DNA of 64,000 nt. Source: a virus. This document shows, piece after piece, positions 44,131 through 54,248 of this stretch (position 1 is the stretch's first letter; each line of letters begins with the position of its first letter). Under the pieces are notes generated by a model. The model ran no database searches. It was not told where the DNA came from and saw only the letters and a program-made list of their open reading frames with translations. The DNA lies in the IMG/VR virus record IMGVR_UViG_3300025018_000098, positions 96,001 to 160,000 of that record. One strand, given 5' to 3'. Made by a program: the position numbers and the translations under genes.

Positions 44131-45398
44131 TTGATGCCTCCGATCTTACGTACGGCGTGCCGCATGGGGAGGGACTCATCCCCCACTACGGTCTCTGCCA
44201 CTCGAGCGACCTTCATGGCCACCCACTCTGTGTTCTCCTTCATGGGGTGTCCCCGCAGCTCCATCTGCTCGCGCCGCAACTGAGGTGGGTGCTCGAGTTC
44301 GTAGATCTCGTAGCTGTACTTGGTACACCACTCCCGATCCTCGAAGGACATGGGCAAGGGCCCGCGGCGGAACTTCATGCGGAAGTGCCCAGCACGTAGG
44401 TGGCGGTACCGAATCTTGCTACGCTCAGCCACCTCCTTCGTGAGGTCCCGGATGTACCGCTTGGTGTCGGTGGGGATCACCATCGAATAGTACTCTAGGG
44501 GGAGGGGCGCAGGCTCTCTCCGCTTCTTCGCCTGCTTACGCAGCCGCTTCATCTCCTTCTTGGAGGTGAGGACCTTATCGCATTTGCGGAAGAAGGACCG
44601 ACGTACATGGGAGTCGGCTATGCCAAGCGCGCCAAGGGCCACCGAGTCTGGGTGGGTAGTGCTCCGAACGCTGGCTACGTACCCATACACCGCCTCCGGC
44701 CCACGGGGGTAGCAGCAGATCTCTATGGTGCATGTGGTCGTGTACAGAACACCCAACACCACAAGGCACCCACTCAGCCTAGACCTGGCGATCCAACGTG
44801 AGGCCGGCACCAAGTGCCCGAGGTCAATATCCACCGCCCGAGGTACGAGCAAGATGGCAGGGAATGGGAGCTCCTCCAAGGCACATCCTTGAGGCTCATA
44901 TTTAGCGGCAAACCCACTGCATGGGTCGTGCATCAGGACAGTTACCTCACCCGCTGTGTCCAAGTACACAGGGAACCCCAACGCATTAGCGAGTTCCTGC
45001 AGTATCTCTGCGCTGCTGCCGCCGCCGTTTCTGATCAGATCGAGCTTGCCTCGTGCAACCTCAAGAGGGGCGCTGACTAGGTCTTCAAAGAACTCCCCAG
45101 GGACCTGGTACACGGCGGCCTCATCCAAGGTCTTCAACAGGGGGATGCCAAAGATTCGATCGTCGGTTCCCGCCTTGATCGCGTACTGGAGTGCAGTGCG
45201 GCACCGCCCCCTCTGATGAATAGCCCACGGACGTGGGTCCCCAGGGGGTATCATATACCTGATGTCATTAGGGAGCTTGAACGGGTAGTACTTGTAGTTC
45301 TCCAGGTATGTGTTGAGCTTCTCCATCTCTCGGTCGAACTGCACTTCATTATCTTCTTGAGTGGGTGCGTCGAACAGTAGATTTAGATCAGTGAGCAT
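44127..45398 (-). CDS. Hypothetical protein with C-terminal HLRAGHFR motif
   Basis: 423-aa ORF downstream of the promoter at 45417. Confidence 0.7.
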   Translation of the reverse strand: MLTDLNLLFDAPTQEDNEVQFDREMEKLNTYLENYKYYPFKLPNDIRYMIPPGDPRPWAIHQRGRCRTALQYAIKAGTDDRIFGIPLLKTLDEAAVYQVPGEFFEDLVSAPLEVARGKLDLIRNGGGSSAEILQELANALGFPVYLDTAGEVTVLMHDPCSGFAAKYEPQGCALEELPFPAILLVPRAVDIDLGHLVPASRWIARSRLSGCLVVLGVLYTTTCTIEICCYPRGPEAVYGYVASVRSTTHPDSVALGALGIADSHVRRSFFRKCDKVLTSKKEMKRLRKQAKKRREPAPLPLEYYSMVIPTDTKRYIRDLTKEVAERSKIRYRHLRAGHFRMKFRRGPLPMSFEDREWCTKYSYEIYELEHPPQLRREQMELRGHPMKENTEWVAMKVARVAETVVGDESLPMRHAVRKIGGIK

Positions 45399-45416
45399 AT
45401 TACTTCTCCTTCTTCT

Positions 45417-45471
45417 TGCTTATAGGAAGAAGTAGAAAGAGAAGAGGCCGCCGGATGGCGACCTCTTCTCT
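45417..45471 (-). promoter_or_regulatory. Terminator hairpin fused to a CCTATAAGCA promoter
   Basis: tgcttatagg; agaagaggccgcc-ggat-ggcgacctcttct. Confidence 0.7.
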
Positions 45472-45663
45472 CACGTACACAGCGCTGTCAGGACCCTGTA
45501 CTGGCCTTGCGTACGCGGTACTCGCTGTTGTTCTGCCGGAAGCCATACTGGCCCTGCTTGTCCACCTTCTTGGACACGTACACCTTGGCTCCGGCCAGGC
45601 CCATGCCGAAACCGACACCAAGACTGAACACACTGAAGACGACTACGATGATTCCATCCATGC

Positions 45664-45891
45664 TCAACTACCTTCTGCCTTCCCGAACGTATGTGCGTCG
45701 GAGATGGCGTCTTCGAGGAGGTCCACCAACTTGCGGTAGCCCTTGCTCTTCTTGTTGATCAACCCGTCGGTGGCTTCAGACCATTCTGCGGCCACCTTCT
45801 CTGCTCGCTTCCGCGGGTTCATGATGTACCCCGAGGCTAGCAACTCTCGACGGTACCCGAGCTCTGATACGGACACCACCCTAGTCTTCAT
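45664..45891 (-). CDS. Hypothetical protein
   Basis: ORF tiling. Confidence 0.55.
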   Translation of the reverse strand: MKTRVVSVSELGYRRELLASGYIMNPRKRAEKVAAEWSEATDGLINKKSKGYRKLVDLLEDAISDAHTFGKAEGS

Positions 45892-46894
45892 CGTCGTCTA
45901 GCTCCAGGTTGTTCCACTCCTCTTGGTCGTCCTTCATCTTTCGGACAGCCCCACGAAGAATCTCCTTGTCGCGCTCTTCCTGGGCGAGCACCTCCCGGTA
46001 CTTATCCATGTCGATGAGCTGGTCGAGGGCCCCATCGATCAGCACCTGCAGGACCTTGGGCGGCAGTGCATCCACCTCCCAGGAGCTGTGTCCATATTTC
46101 TCGATGTAGCCCTTCGCCCGCGAGTCTGAGACCTTGGTGGGGTTAGGCGGCGGTCGGTACTTGTGTACCTGCTCGATGGTGAGCCCCAGCTTCTCGACCG
46201 TCAGGTCAATGTGGGGCTTCCGGTCTCGAGCGTCCTCCGGATCTTCGATGTCATCAAGAGTCCCGCCCTCGGTATAGCTCACCTCGAGACCGGCGTTGAG
46301 GAACATCTCGGTACGGTCACGAATGTCCCGCACCATGTCCTCCCCGCTGGGGTCGAGGTCCCCGAGGTACAGGATGGCGGCATCCCGAACACTCAGTTCA
46401 TCACAGGCCCTTCGGATACGCTCCGCGGACTCCCGCATAGCCGAGGAGCTCGAGTACCCTCGGTTGACCATAAGCGTCACGTGCCTGCGCCGTGCAATGG
46501 GTGTGAGCACGCTGGCCAGCGCATCCTTCTCCACCCAGAGCTCGACATACACATCCTGCCCCTTCATACGAGGGAGGCGATAGGCACGCAGAGCAACCTC
46601 GAGTAGGTCGCCAACACTGTTGAACGCCTGGGGGACCTCTGGGCTGCGCATGCGGTCCTCGATCGCATCCCAATCCAGTAGCCCACCAAGTCGACCACTG
46701 CTGATCAACTTGCCCAGCTTCTTGTAGCTCTTCTCGGTGTTGGGGATCGTGTTGGCTGTGACCAACTGGTAGTAGAGCTGACGCAGGGTCAGCATGATGT
46801 GGTCTGCCTGGTAGGCCGTGATCACATCACGCGCTGCTACGAGTAGCTGAGCAGACTTCGTCGTGGGTGAGTAGGGGGTATACAGTTCGTACAT
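45881..46894 (-). CDS. Topo VI-A/Spo11/JetD-like winged-helix plus Toprim protein
   Basis: TLRQLYYQLV, ELWVEKDAL, RGYSS, LYLGDLDPSG, WEVDAL. Confidence 0.8.
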   Translation of the reverse strand: MYELYTPYSPTTKSAQLLVAARDVITAYQADHIMLTLRQLYYQLVTANTIPNTEKSYKKLGKLISSGRLGGLLDWDAIEDRMRSPEVPQAFNSVGDLLEVALRAYRLPRMKGQDVYVELWVEKDALASVLTPIARRRHVTLMVNRGYSSSSAMRESAERIRRACDELSVRDAAILYLGDLDPSGEDMVRDIRDRTEMFLNAGLEVSYTEGGTLDDIEDPEDARDRKPHIDLTVEKLGLTIEQVHKYRPPPNPTKVSDSRAKGYIEKYGHSSWEVDALPPKVLQVLIDGALDQLIDMDKYREVLAQEERDKEILRGAVRKMKDDQEEWNNLELDDDED

Positions 46895-46904
46895 CAGTGG
46901 CCTC

Positions 46905-47417
46905 TCATAGTGCCTCAAGCACCGCCTGTGCAGCTGCTGCCCACGCCTCTTGGATGTTCGAGGGAAGGACGTCCCACCCGGGGATGTCCTTGTTGTCGTA
47001 GGTCTTTCCATCCTGTGCGGCGCAGTACGCCTCAAAGGCTGTCCGACCTCGAGCCTTACGCTGACGTGCCCGCTCCTTGGCTGGGTGTTGTGCACGCTCC
47101 TCAGCCTCATCGAGCACCTCCTGCAGCGGTCGATCGAAGAACTTGCGGTCCCTCTCGAGCGTGCCCATCAGCGAGCCGTAACCATGGCCCTTGTTCACGT
47201 CCTTGGCATCAGGGTTACCCAACAACGTCATGGCTGCCTCGCACAGACCTACGAACACGGACAGATGGATCTGCTTATTACTCGTCCGTGTGATGGTGTA
47301 TCCCAGCAGGCGACGCTTCGGGATCTCGTAGTCCACGCCCATCTTGAAGAACCCGTTCAAGAACTCGTGCGCCTGGGTGATTTTCAGCCGTGTGATCGGA
47401 TCGATACCTTCGCTCAT
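46905..47417 (-). CDS. Hypothetical protein (C-terminal AFEAY..W..L..QEAW domain)
   Basis: TGATG coupling. Confidence 0.6.
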   Translation of the reverse strand: MSEGIDPITRLKITQAHEFLNGFFKMGVDYEIPKRRLLGYTITRTSNKQIHLSVFVGLCEAAMTLLGNPDAKDVNKGHGYGSLMGTLERDRKFFDRPLQEVLDEAEERAQHPAKERARQRKARGRTAFEAYCAAQDGKTYDNKDIPGWDVLPSNIQEAWAAAAQAVLEAL

Positions 47418-47803
47418 CAACTCTTCTCCGAGGTAAGGTACCAACCAAGGATACTTGGGTTCACGTCGAGCATCTCGAGAAGACGTTTGAGTTCCCCCTC
47501 CGCTTCGGTGGGTACCTCGTACAGCTTCTCGAGCCTGGCTGCGCCATCGTCCAGAGACACCTCCTGGCCCAGATTCTTTGCGCAGATGAGGAGGGTGTCA
47601 TAGTTGTAGCCCGAGCCTACTGCCTCGATGTGCCCCATCTTCAGCTCCTCCAAGAGCGTCTCGAAGAAGATGAGGGGGTCGTCTGCGAAGTCATCGAAGA
47701 CCCACCCGAGATTGTCGAATGCCTCTTCGGTGAGTAGGGTGGGTCCATCTTCATCGTGTATCTGTGCTCCGTAGAAGATACGGGCGCCTATGTGTTCACT
47801 CAC
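47417..47803 (-). CDS. Hypothetical acidic protein
   Basis: ORF tiling. Confidence 0.6.
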   Translation of the reverse strand: MSEHIGARIFYGAQIHDEDGPTLLTEEAFDNLGWVFDDFADDPLIFFETLLEELKMGHIEAVGSGYNYDTLLICAKNLGQEVSLDDGAARLEKLYEVPTEAEGELKRLLEMLDVNPSILGWYLTSEKS

Positions 47804-48319
47804 TTTTCATGCCTTTCGGTAAGGGCTGCATTGATCTCTGTGTCACACGCGTTGCACCAGTCGTGGTCAAAGGGGTCCGACGTATCGACCCTCTCCCCGC
47901 CGTTGAGATAGTACCACTGCGTGCGAATCACGTCGGTACTTTCACACTCCGGGCAACGGTACATCTGCCGCCTCCCGGTGATCCCCGCCCAGGTGCGCTG
48001 TACCCACAGCCAAGCCACTCCCACAAAGGGGGTCGCCGCGGTGAGAGCCAGTAGCTCGTCTCCACAAAAGTGCATCATCGTCTCCTCTTTTTCTTGCTCT
48101 TCTTTTGTTTACGTTTTGCGAGGCGCAGGTACCAGTTGTAGTCTGCGACCTTGTACTGCCAGTAGCCCCACCACTCTCCCGGGGCGTAGTCGTGCACACG
48201 GCGGAGGGACCACCAGAAGAGCCCCTTGATGGGCTCCTTGTCGTCGTACTTGCAGTACCTGTCCACGCAGTAGACGAACCACTCATGAAGCAGTTCGTCT
48301 CGATCCACGAGGCTCAGCA

Positions 48320-48874
48320 TCACCCCTCGAGCTTCGGCTTGTTGGTGTCCTTGAGCTCGGTGATCGACTGGATGTTGTTCGCCCACAAGTAGCCTTGTAT
48401 GAACCCGAGCCAGCGCATGGCCTTCTCCCGCCGCCCATCTATTATGAACGTGAAGATCTCACGAGACATATAGAGGACATGGCTAGCCATGTCTGCTTTA
48501 CTGTGAATCACCCCGGGGTTCATGTTGAGACGCTCAGGAGCAAGTAGGCCCTGCTTGAGAGCGTCTGGGAACTCCTTGGTGAACCAAGCGATCACGGACG
48601 CCGCGGCGCCCGCCGCAGCCTCCTGTACCAAGTGGTCAGACATCCCGGGCCGCTTGCCATCGAGAGCATCGAGAACCCAGCTGCGGCTGGCATGAGCTTT
48701 GGCCCATGTCCGCATCTTGGTCAGCGCCTCCCCGTAGTTATCCCCCTCCGTCTCGTGGATCAAAGCAGAGGTGTGCCTGAAGAGCATCGTGGGGTTGCGT
48801 TCTGAGTAGGCAGCGATGCGTTCGATCTGCCCATGCTCGTTGATGATCACTAGTAGGTATGCTGCAGAGCTCAT
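48320..48874 (-). CDS. Hypothetical protein (C-terminal KAMRWLGFIQG domain)
   Basis: ATGA overlap at 48871-48874. Confidence 0.6.
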   Translation of the reverse strand: MSSAAYLLVIINEHGQIERIAAYSERNPTMLFRHTSALIHETEGDNYGEALTKMRTWAKAHASRSWVLDALDGKRPGMSDHLVQEAAAGAAASVIAWFTKEFPDALKQGLLAPERLNMNPGVIHSKADMASHVLYMSREIFTFIIDGRREKAMRWLGFIQGYLWANNIQSITELKDTNKPKLEG

Positions 48875-49455
48875 TCGTATGTCTTCTTCTCGGCTAGGTC
48901 GTTGTGGAGGATGTGGTAGTTCAAGGAACCAACCACCATGTTGGGGTGGAACACTTCGATGAGTCGCTGCTCGTGCCTCTCGTGCAGGCGTAGCGTGATA
49001 GGAGCCGGGGTCACGACACGGTAGAACTTCCCCGCCTTCCTGCTGGAGGGCAGCACCCGTATAGCCCCCAGCCATCGAAGCACGGCGTCCATGTTGTGCG
49101 TGTTGTTCTTGCCTGTCGGGGCACCTACCCCGAGCAGGGGCAGCTCGCCCTTATATGAGCAGCCGAACCCGAGGTCTACATCAACCTCCAAAGACTCCAG
49201 TCCGAAGACTGCAGTCACGTGGGCTGGGTAGTCCCGGAAGCGATAGCCCACAGATCCGTAGATCTCCGGCCCACGCAGCACACGTACCGTGGCTCTCTTG
49301 AGCACGTTCTTGTCCGTGTCTGGAAGTAGGTCGTCTAGTCCTGCCGCGAAGCTCTTCTTGAGCTTCGCAGAGAGGTCTGCAGCATGGGGCTTCTCCCAGA
49401 CCGCATCGACCACTACCTTGTAGTGGTTCTTGAGCTCATGGTTGTTCGTGCTCAC
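48871..49455 (-). CDS. Hypothetical protein
   Basis: ORF tiling. Confidence 0.6.
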   Translation of the reverse strand: MSTNNHELKNHYKVVVDAVWEKPHAADLSAKLKKSFAAGLDDLLPDTDKNVLKRATVRVLRGPEIYGSVGYRFRDYPAHVTAVFGLESLEVDVDLGFGCSYKGELPLLGVGAPTGKNNTHNMDAVLRWLGAIRVLPSSRKAGKFYRVVTPAPITLRLHERHEQRLIEVFHPNMVVGSLNYHILHNDLAEKKTYE

Positions 49456-50045
49456 GTCCGGCCACCCCCGACGACGTAGATGAGGAAGCCATCACGCACC
49501 GTCATGGGGTCCCACCCATGCATCTCAACCAGCGTGTCGAAGAGGTAGTCAGCCGTGTCGGCGTCCTCCACACTCCGCACCCAGTAGGTAGGTAGCTCCT
49601 TCTTCTTGAGCTTGGGTCGGTACTTACCCTTGTACGTGTGGCACAGCTCCCCGTACGCCTGGATGCGTGCGACGGGCTTTGCCTTGGGGTCCTTGTAGAC
49701 ACGGACCAACCGGGCCACCCTCCGAGCACGGCGCCCATCGAGCCCCTCCGGGTGTGCCAGGCCCAGCAGCAGTTGGTTGAGCCTCTTGGCTGGCTTCACA
49801 CTCAGTCGCTTTTGTGCGGGCTTTGGAATGGTCGGCTTGGCTGGCTTGGCTTTCCTCATAGGGTACCCATATGCCCTCTCAACTGCCTCCCTGATCGCCT
49901 CGCTGTATTGGAACTCCAGGACGTCCTTCGACGACCTGGTGTGTCCTACTGCATGCTTCGGGAAGTGGTCATGTAGGTATCGGTACCGCTGAGCACGGTT
50001 GAGCTCGCGGAAGCGGGATGGACTAAGTAGGTGTGGGTTGTTCAT
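49452..50045 (-). CDS. Hypothetical basic protein
   Basis: AAGGAG RBS before MNNPH. Confidence 0.6.
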   Translation of the reverse strand: MNNPHLLSPSRFRELNRAQRYRYLHDHFPKHAVGHTRSSKDVLEFQYSEAIREAVERAYGYPMRKAKPAKPTIPKPAQKRLSVKPAKRLNQLLLGLAHPEGLDGRRARRVARLVRVYKDPKAKPVARIQAYGELCHTYKGKYRPKLKKKELPTYWVRSVEDADTADYLFDTLVEMHGWDPMTVRDGFLIYVVGGGRT

Positions 50046-50056
50046 GTTCTTCTCCT

Positions 50057-50575
50057 TCAATCTACAGGTTCACCCCGGAGGAACCACTTCTGCTTCCACC
50101 AGGGCGGGATGCGTACCTCTCGGAAGTTGCGCTCCATGAGTCGCAGCCGTCCGAAAGGTACGCCGTGAATCTGTCTCTGGTACGCCAGCATAAGATCCAC
50201 AGGGATGTTGATGACTGTGGCCTGATAGCCACAAGCATCGGCCAAGGCCGTGTACGGAGCACACTCCGCGGTGGTCAAGTTGGTGTTGTCCACGATGATG
50301 TCTCGCCGGCCGTCCGACTGGACGACACGCAAGAACACCCTCAAGCACTCTGCGTGTGCCTGGCTCAGCTTCGCAGGGTCGAACACATAATCCATCCCCT
50401 CCATGAAGTAGTTGTCCGAGGACACCCATACAGGTGCCCCAGGAATGTCCGACACGGTTCGGGGGTTGTGTGCGCTGGCTGCGTTGAAGTATCCCCGCGC
50501 TATGTAGGACTTACCTGCTCCAGGGATCCCTCGAAGAATATAGGCCTGAGGGGGTTTGCTGACTGTGTCTGACAT
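50057..50575 (-). CDS. AAA_33 P-loop kinase (polynucleotide kinase / N4BP2-like)
   Basis: ILRGIPGAGKS, SSDNYF, AHAEC, IIVDNTN, HGVP. Confidence 0.85.
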   Translation of the reverse strand: MSDTVSKPPQAYILRGIPGAGKSYIARGYFNAASAHNPRTVSDIPGAPVWVSSDNYFMEGMDYVFDPAKLSQAHAECLRVFLRVVQSDGRRDIIVDNTNLTTAECAPYTALADACGYQATVINIPVDLMLAYQRQIHGVPFGRLRLMERNFREVRIPPWWKQKWFLRGEPVD

Positions 50576-50591
50576 AGTATCTCCTTCACCC

Positions 50592-50601
50592 TGCTTATAG
50601 G
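50592..50601 (-). promoter_or_regulatory. CCTATAAGCA promoter
   Basis: tgcttatagg. Confidence 0.7.
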
Positions 50602-50623
50602 GCGGATGAAGGAGATATTGCAG

Positions 50624-51490
50624 TTAGCGGCGTGGACGATAAGGGACACCAGTGTACCGGCTATCCCAAGCCTCTGGGATGGGGGCACCCTCTCGCAGCG
50701 TGTAGCCGGGCCCGCCGTCGGTCAGGCCGAGCTCGCGCTGTGCCCACATGCCCACCTCTTGCCAGACCTTGGAGCCCGGGTCGCTCAGCTTCATCCCATT
50801 CGTCTGTCGGTGGGCGTGGATGTGTCTGAGCCTTCCGCCTTCATCGTAGACAGTGTTGTAAATGTGGGTGACCAACAACCGGGTGTCATGGATCTGCTGG
50901 TCAGTGATGCTGTCCGGCCCTGGGTTGCCTGCGAAGCCACCCTTCCATGCCGTACGGGGGTCCCCTTCGATCCCAGCAAAGCATCCGTTGATCTCGATAC
51001 CCACGTCCGGCTTGTTGAAGGCGTTCCCGTGCCACACGATCGAACGCATGTCGTGCATCTGCACAACACCATGGAAGGGGCGTTCCCGAATCACGGCAAA
51101 GTGGGCTGGGACGTTCTTGAAGCGCTCCGGCTTGTTCGACATCATGATGCCGGTCTGGTGCAGCGTGATCCCTGTGATGTCCTTCCACGCCCGGGACCCT
51201 TTGATGATGTTGCCTTTGCTTGGTGTCGTGCGGGCGATGTCGAGCAGCCCTACCCGGGGCGGCCTACTCTTGGCCCCGATGATCGTCTCGATGAGGGCAT
51301 CAGGTACCGACTCCATAAAAGCCGTCGCGTCAATGCCGTGGTCATGCGCGTACTCCTGCACGGCGTGCAGAGTCTCGTACCCAAAGTCACCGTCAGCTCC
51401 GTACTTCGGAAGGTCATACTCGAGGGCGAGTAGTGCCCCCTGCAGCTTCAGCACATCGGCGCCCTTAGTTTTTCGTACTAGGAATGGCAT
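50624..51490 (-). CDS. Endolysin: PG-binding domain plus Amidase_2 N-acetylmuramoyl-L-alanine amidase
   Basis: GADVLKLQ..GADGDFG.ET..AV; ITLHQT, AHF, WHG, GIEI, HAHRQ..DPG. Confidence 0.88.
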   Translation of the reverse strand: MPFLVRKTKGADVLKLQGALLALEYDLPKYGADGDFGYETLHAVQEYAHDHGIDATAFMESVPDALIETIIGAKSRPPRVGLLDIARTTPSKGNIIKGSRAWKDITGITLHQTGIMMSNKPERFKNVPAHFAVIRERPFHGVVQMHDMRSIVWHGNAFNKPDVGIEINGCFAGIEGDPRTAWKGGFAGNPGPDSITDQQIHDTRLLVTHIYNTVYDEGGRLRHIHAHRQTNGMKLSDPGSKVWQEVGMWAQRELGLTDGGPGYTLREGAPIPEAWDSRYTGVPYRPRR

Positions 51491-51511
51491 GTCGTTCTCC
51501 TATAGCAAAAT

Positions 51512-51541
51512 GAGACATGCGGCCCGAGCGGGCCGCGTCTC
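51512..51541 (-). terminator. Hairpin upstream of the endolysin gene
   Basis: gagacatgcggccc-gagc-gggccgcgtctc. Confidence 0.55.
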
Positions 51542-51960
51542 AGATGTTACTGCATGTCTCAGCCCTTGGGGGACGCCACCTCACCGAGGTACTCGAGAAG
51601 CTCCGTGAAGCTCTCGAACTCCGTCTCTTCGACCCCCTTCTGGTAGACCACATAGGTGCACCCAACGATGTCCGGATCGCTGTCCGTGTACACCCCTGCT
51701 TGGTTGTCCTTCATCCAAGTGAGCACATTCTCGATCGTCGTCTTCATCTTTGTTGTTCCTTGCTCGCCATGATGATCCCCACTACGAGGATCGTGAAGAA
51801 CCCCAGGATTAGGGTCGCCGCGACAACAGGTGCCAGAAGTAGGCACCCGCGCCTCACCCACAGGCTGTGTTGCGTACCGCGCAGGCACACCGACACAAGC
51901 AATAGGGAGAAGCTCCAGTACGCCACTAGAAGTAGGTGCGTCATGTCGTTTCCTTCATCT

Positions 51961-52030
51961 TGCTCATAGGAAAAAAGAACATCTTCTTAGCAAAGAAGAA
52001 GGCCCCCTACCGAAGTAGGAGGCCGTTCTC
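51961..52030 (-). promoter_or_regulatory. Terminator hairpin plus CCTATGAGCA promoter
   Basis: tgctcatagg; ggccccctac-cgaa-gtaggaggcc. Confidence 0.65.
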
Positions 52031-52086
52031 AGCGCCGAGGCTCCATCTGGCGCCCACAGCATGTGGGGACGTCATCCTTGATGGGC

Positions 52087-52588
52087 TTAAGGCTCCCACA
52101 CTTGGTGCACTTGGCGATGGGCTGGGTTTCTCCGGTCTTCTGCATGAGCATTCTCCTGGGTGGGGGTCACAGAACGAGGGTAGCACGCCTGCTTGAAGGC
52201 GAAGGACCGGATCATCAGGGTACGTGTGTTCTTGTTGATTTGTTGCTGCATAGCCAGCCGTCTTCCTTCTGCTCGATCGAGGGTCTTGCGTCGTTGACGA
52301 CGTATCCAAGCCCCCCAGTTTCTTCGTGTCCACTCCCTGCTCTCGCAGTCGGCGGTACCAGGATCGCATCGTCAGGGCCTGCCTAGCGCTGTTGCAGCTA
52401 AAGCAGGCCGTCACGAGGTTGTGTGGGGCGTTCCTGCCCCCACGGTTGCTAGGCGTCACATGGTCCAACGTCAGGCGTAGGGTGGACCTGCAGTAGACGC
52501 AGGCGAAGCCATCCCGATGGTAGATAGCTAGCCGAGTACTTCTACGTATCCACTTGCTGCCGTGCTTGGCTGGCCTAGCCGGGCCCAT
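52087..52588 (-). CDS. HNH endonuclease with an apparent +1 G frameshift at 52311-52316 in the C-terminal part
   Basis: RDGFACVYC..LTLDHVTP..GG.N..NLVTACFSCN; corrected tail KLGAWIRRQRRK.. Confidence 0.85.
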
Positions 52589-52967
52589 GACGTACGGCGC
52601 TCGCCGCGGCGATGACCCTCGTCATCTTGCTCTCGTCCAACAGGTCAGACCACTGGAAGTCCATGTGCTTCATGGCGTCCATGATCTGTGCGAACTGCGG
52701 GCTCGCTAGGCGCCCACCTTCCTGCCTATGTAGGATGTTGCCTACTAGGCCCTCGATGGCTCCGTTCACCGCCTCTGCCTGCCCCGGGGTAGGCTGTACC
52801 TCCTGCATGAAGGTAACGATGAACCCGAGTACACAACGAACGGCCACCGACTCAGGTAGGTGACTGAGCAGTGCGAAGGTAAGTCCCTGCACGAGGTAGT
52901 CGTGGATGACCCCTTCATGCAGTTCCTTGGGCACCTTCTGGAGGATGGGTCCTAGACTATCCTTCAT
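52575..52967 (-). CDS. Hypothetical protein (MKDSLGP..)
   Basis: ORF tiling. Confidence 0.55.
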   Translation of the reverse strand: MKDSLGPILQKVPKELHEGVIHDYLVQGLTFALLSHLPESVAVRCVLGFIVTFMQEVQPTPGQAEAVNGAIEGLVGNILHRQEGGRLASPQFAQIMDAMKHMDFQWSDLLDESKMTRVIAAASAVRHGPG

Positions 52968-53625
52968 AGGGGAACCCAAAGGCTTTGCAGGTGCGCTGAA
53001 GGACACCCTCATCCAAGAAGAGGAAGGCGCCGTTGTTGAGGTCGAGCAGCCCCACAGGAGCTTGGTCCTCCTTGAAGACCTTCCCGGCCAGGTACTCGTG
53101 CACATGACCAGGATATCGCTTGAAGCTGCCTATGTACTGGGGGCCCTTCCCAAAGAGCCTTCGGTACATGTCCTCCATAGGATCGAGGTGCTCCTCTCTT
53201 GCTAGCAGGAACACCTCACGCTCGGCTGTGGAGTTCAGTGTGACCTTCTTGTCCAGCTGGTAGGTGCTAAGCGGGCGGACGCTGCTCTCCCGGAAAGTCA
53301 TCTTGCGTACCCGGAACCACTCACGATCACGGTGCATCTTGCTCGCGCAGTCGGGCAGTGCCCCGAACTCAAACTCGGCGGCACCCATGTAGTCGATCAT
53401 GAAGAGCTTGTCCAAGACCGCACGGAGCTCTGGGCTCAGCCCCAGCATCCCGCCCCCGAAGGCATAGGCGACTGCCTGCTTCTGTGCGACAAGCACATGC
53501 GGTAGCTGAGTCAATCCCTGCAGTAGGAACCTGTTCTCGCACCAGGGCACGAGCTCTCGATCTGCGATTCGCTGTGCCTCGGTTGCTCTCTGGCGGCCCT
53601 TCTTCGTTGTGCTCTTCTTAGGCAT
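52957..53625 (-). CDS. Hypothetical protein (DYMGAAEFEFGALP motif)
   Basis: Motif recognised from phage hypothetical proteins. Confidence 0.7.
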   Translation of the reverse strand: MPKKSTTKKGRQRATEAQRIADRELVPWCENRFLLQGLTQLPHVLVAQKQAVAYAFGGGMLGLSPELRAVLDKLFMIDYMGAAEFEFGALPDCASKMHRDREWFRVRKMTFRESSVRPLSTYQLDKKVTLNSTAEREVFLLAREEHLDPMEDMYRRLFGKGPQYIGSFKRYPGHVHEYLAGKVFKEDQAPVGLLDLNNGAFLFLDEGVLQRTCKAFGFPYEG

Positions 53626-53780
53626 CTTGCACCACCTGTGTCCTGCGTTGTTCCTGCAGCTTGATCTCCTTGCGGCACTTCACACAGGTCACCCTGTCAT
53701 CTCGTGTCTCGAGTCGGGTGGTGGTCTTCGCCCCGCACAGGCTATTCCGCCCTGCGTCCAGCTTGTGTATCGGTTTCTTC

Positions 53781-54248
53781 TTAGCCATCCGTCATCTCCG
53801 TTATGTGCCCTTCTGCATCTACGAGGAAGACAGGTATCTCCCTCTCCTCCAGTAGTTCTTCTAGTACCTCCATGAGAGGGCTCACCTCCCCGAGAGTGTG
53901 CCCGGGGTTCCTAGAGTGGAGCACCAGTACGCACACAACATCGTCGAAGCACTCAGTGTTGGGCTGGTCCATCGTGAACTGCTCCGGGTGCGTACGGACC
54001 TGCAGCTCCGCGGCAGCGTCTCTCACACAGACGTCGAACCCCCATAGACCTCCTACTGAGGCGATAGGTTCGATCCACGCATCCATGAACGTCTCTAGGA
54101 TGTCCCCAACGATCTGAGTGTCGCTCCTCCATGTCCGGTTGATGTGGCCAACGAACGCCACGCGGTGTGCGCCCTCGGGCAATGAGGTCGCAAACCTGAG
54201 TAATGATTCCATGTGTCTCCTCAAGATACTGATAGGTGATCTGGCCAT
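53781..54248 (-). CDS. Hypothetical protein
   Basis: ORF tiling. Confidence 0.55.
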   Translation of the reverse strand: MARSPISILRRHMESLLRFATSLPEGAHRVAFVGHINRTWRSDTQIVGDILETFMDAWIEPIASVGGLWGFDVCVRDAAAELQVRTHPEQFTMDQPNTECFDDVVCVLVLHSRNPGHTLGEVSPLMEVLEELLEEREIPVFLVDAEGHITEMTDG

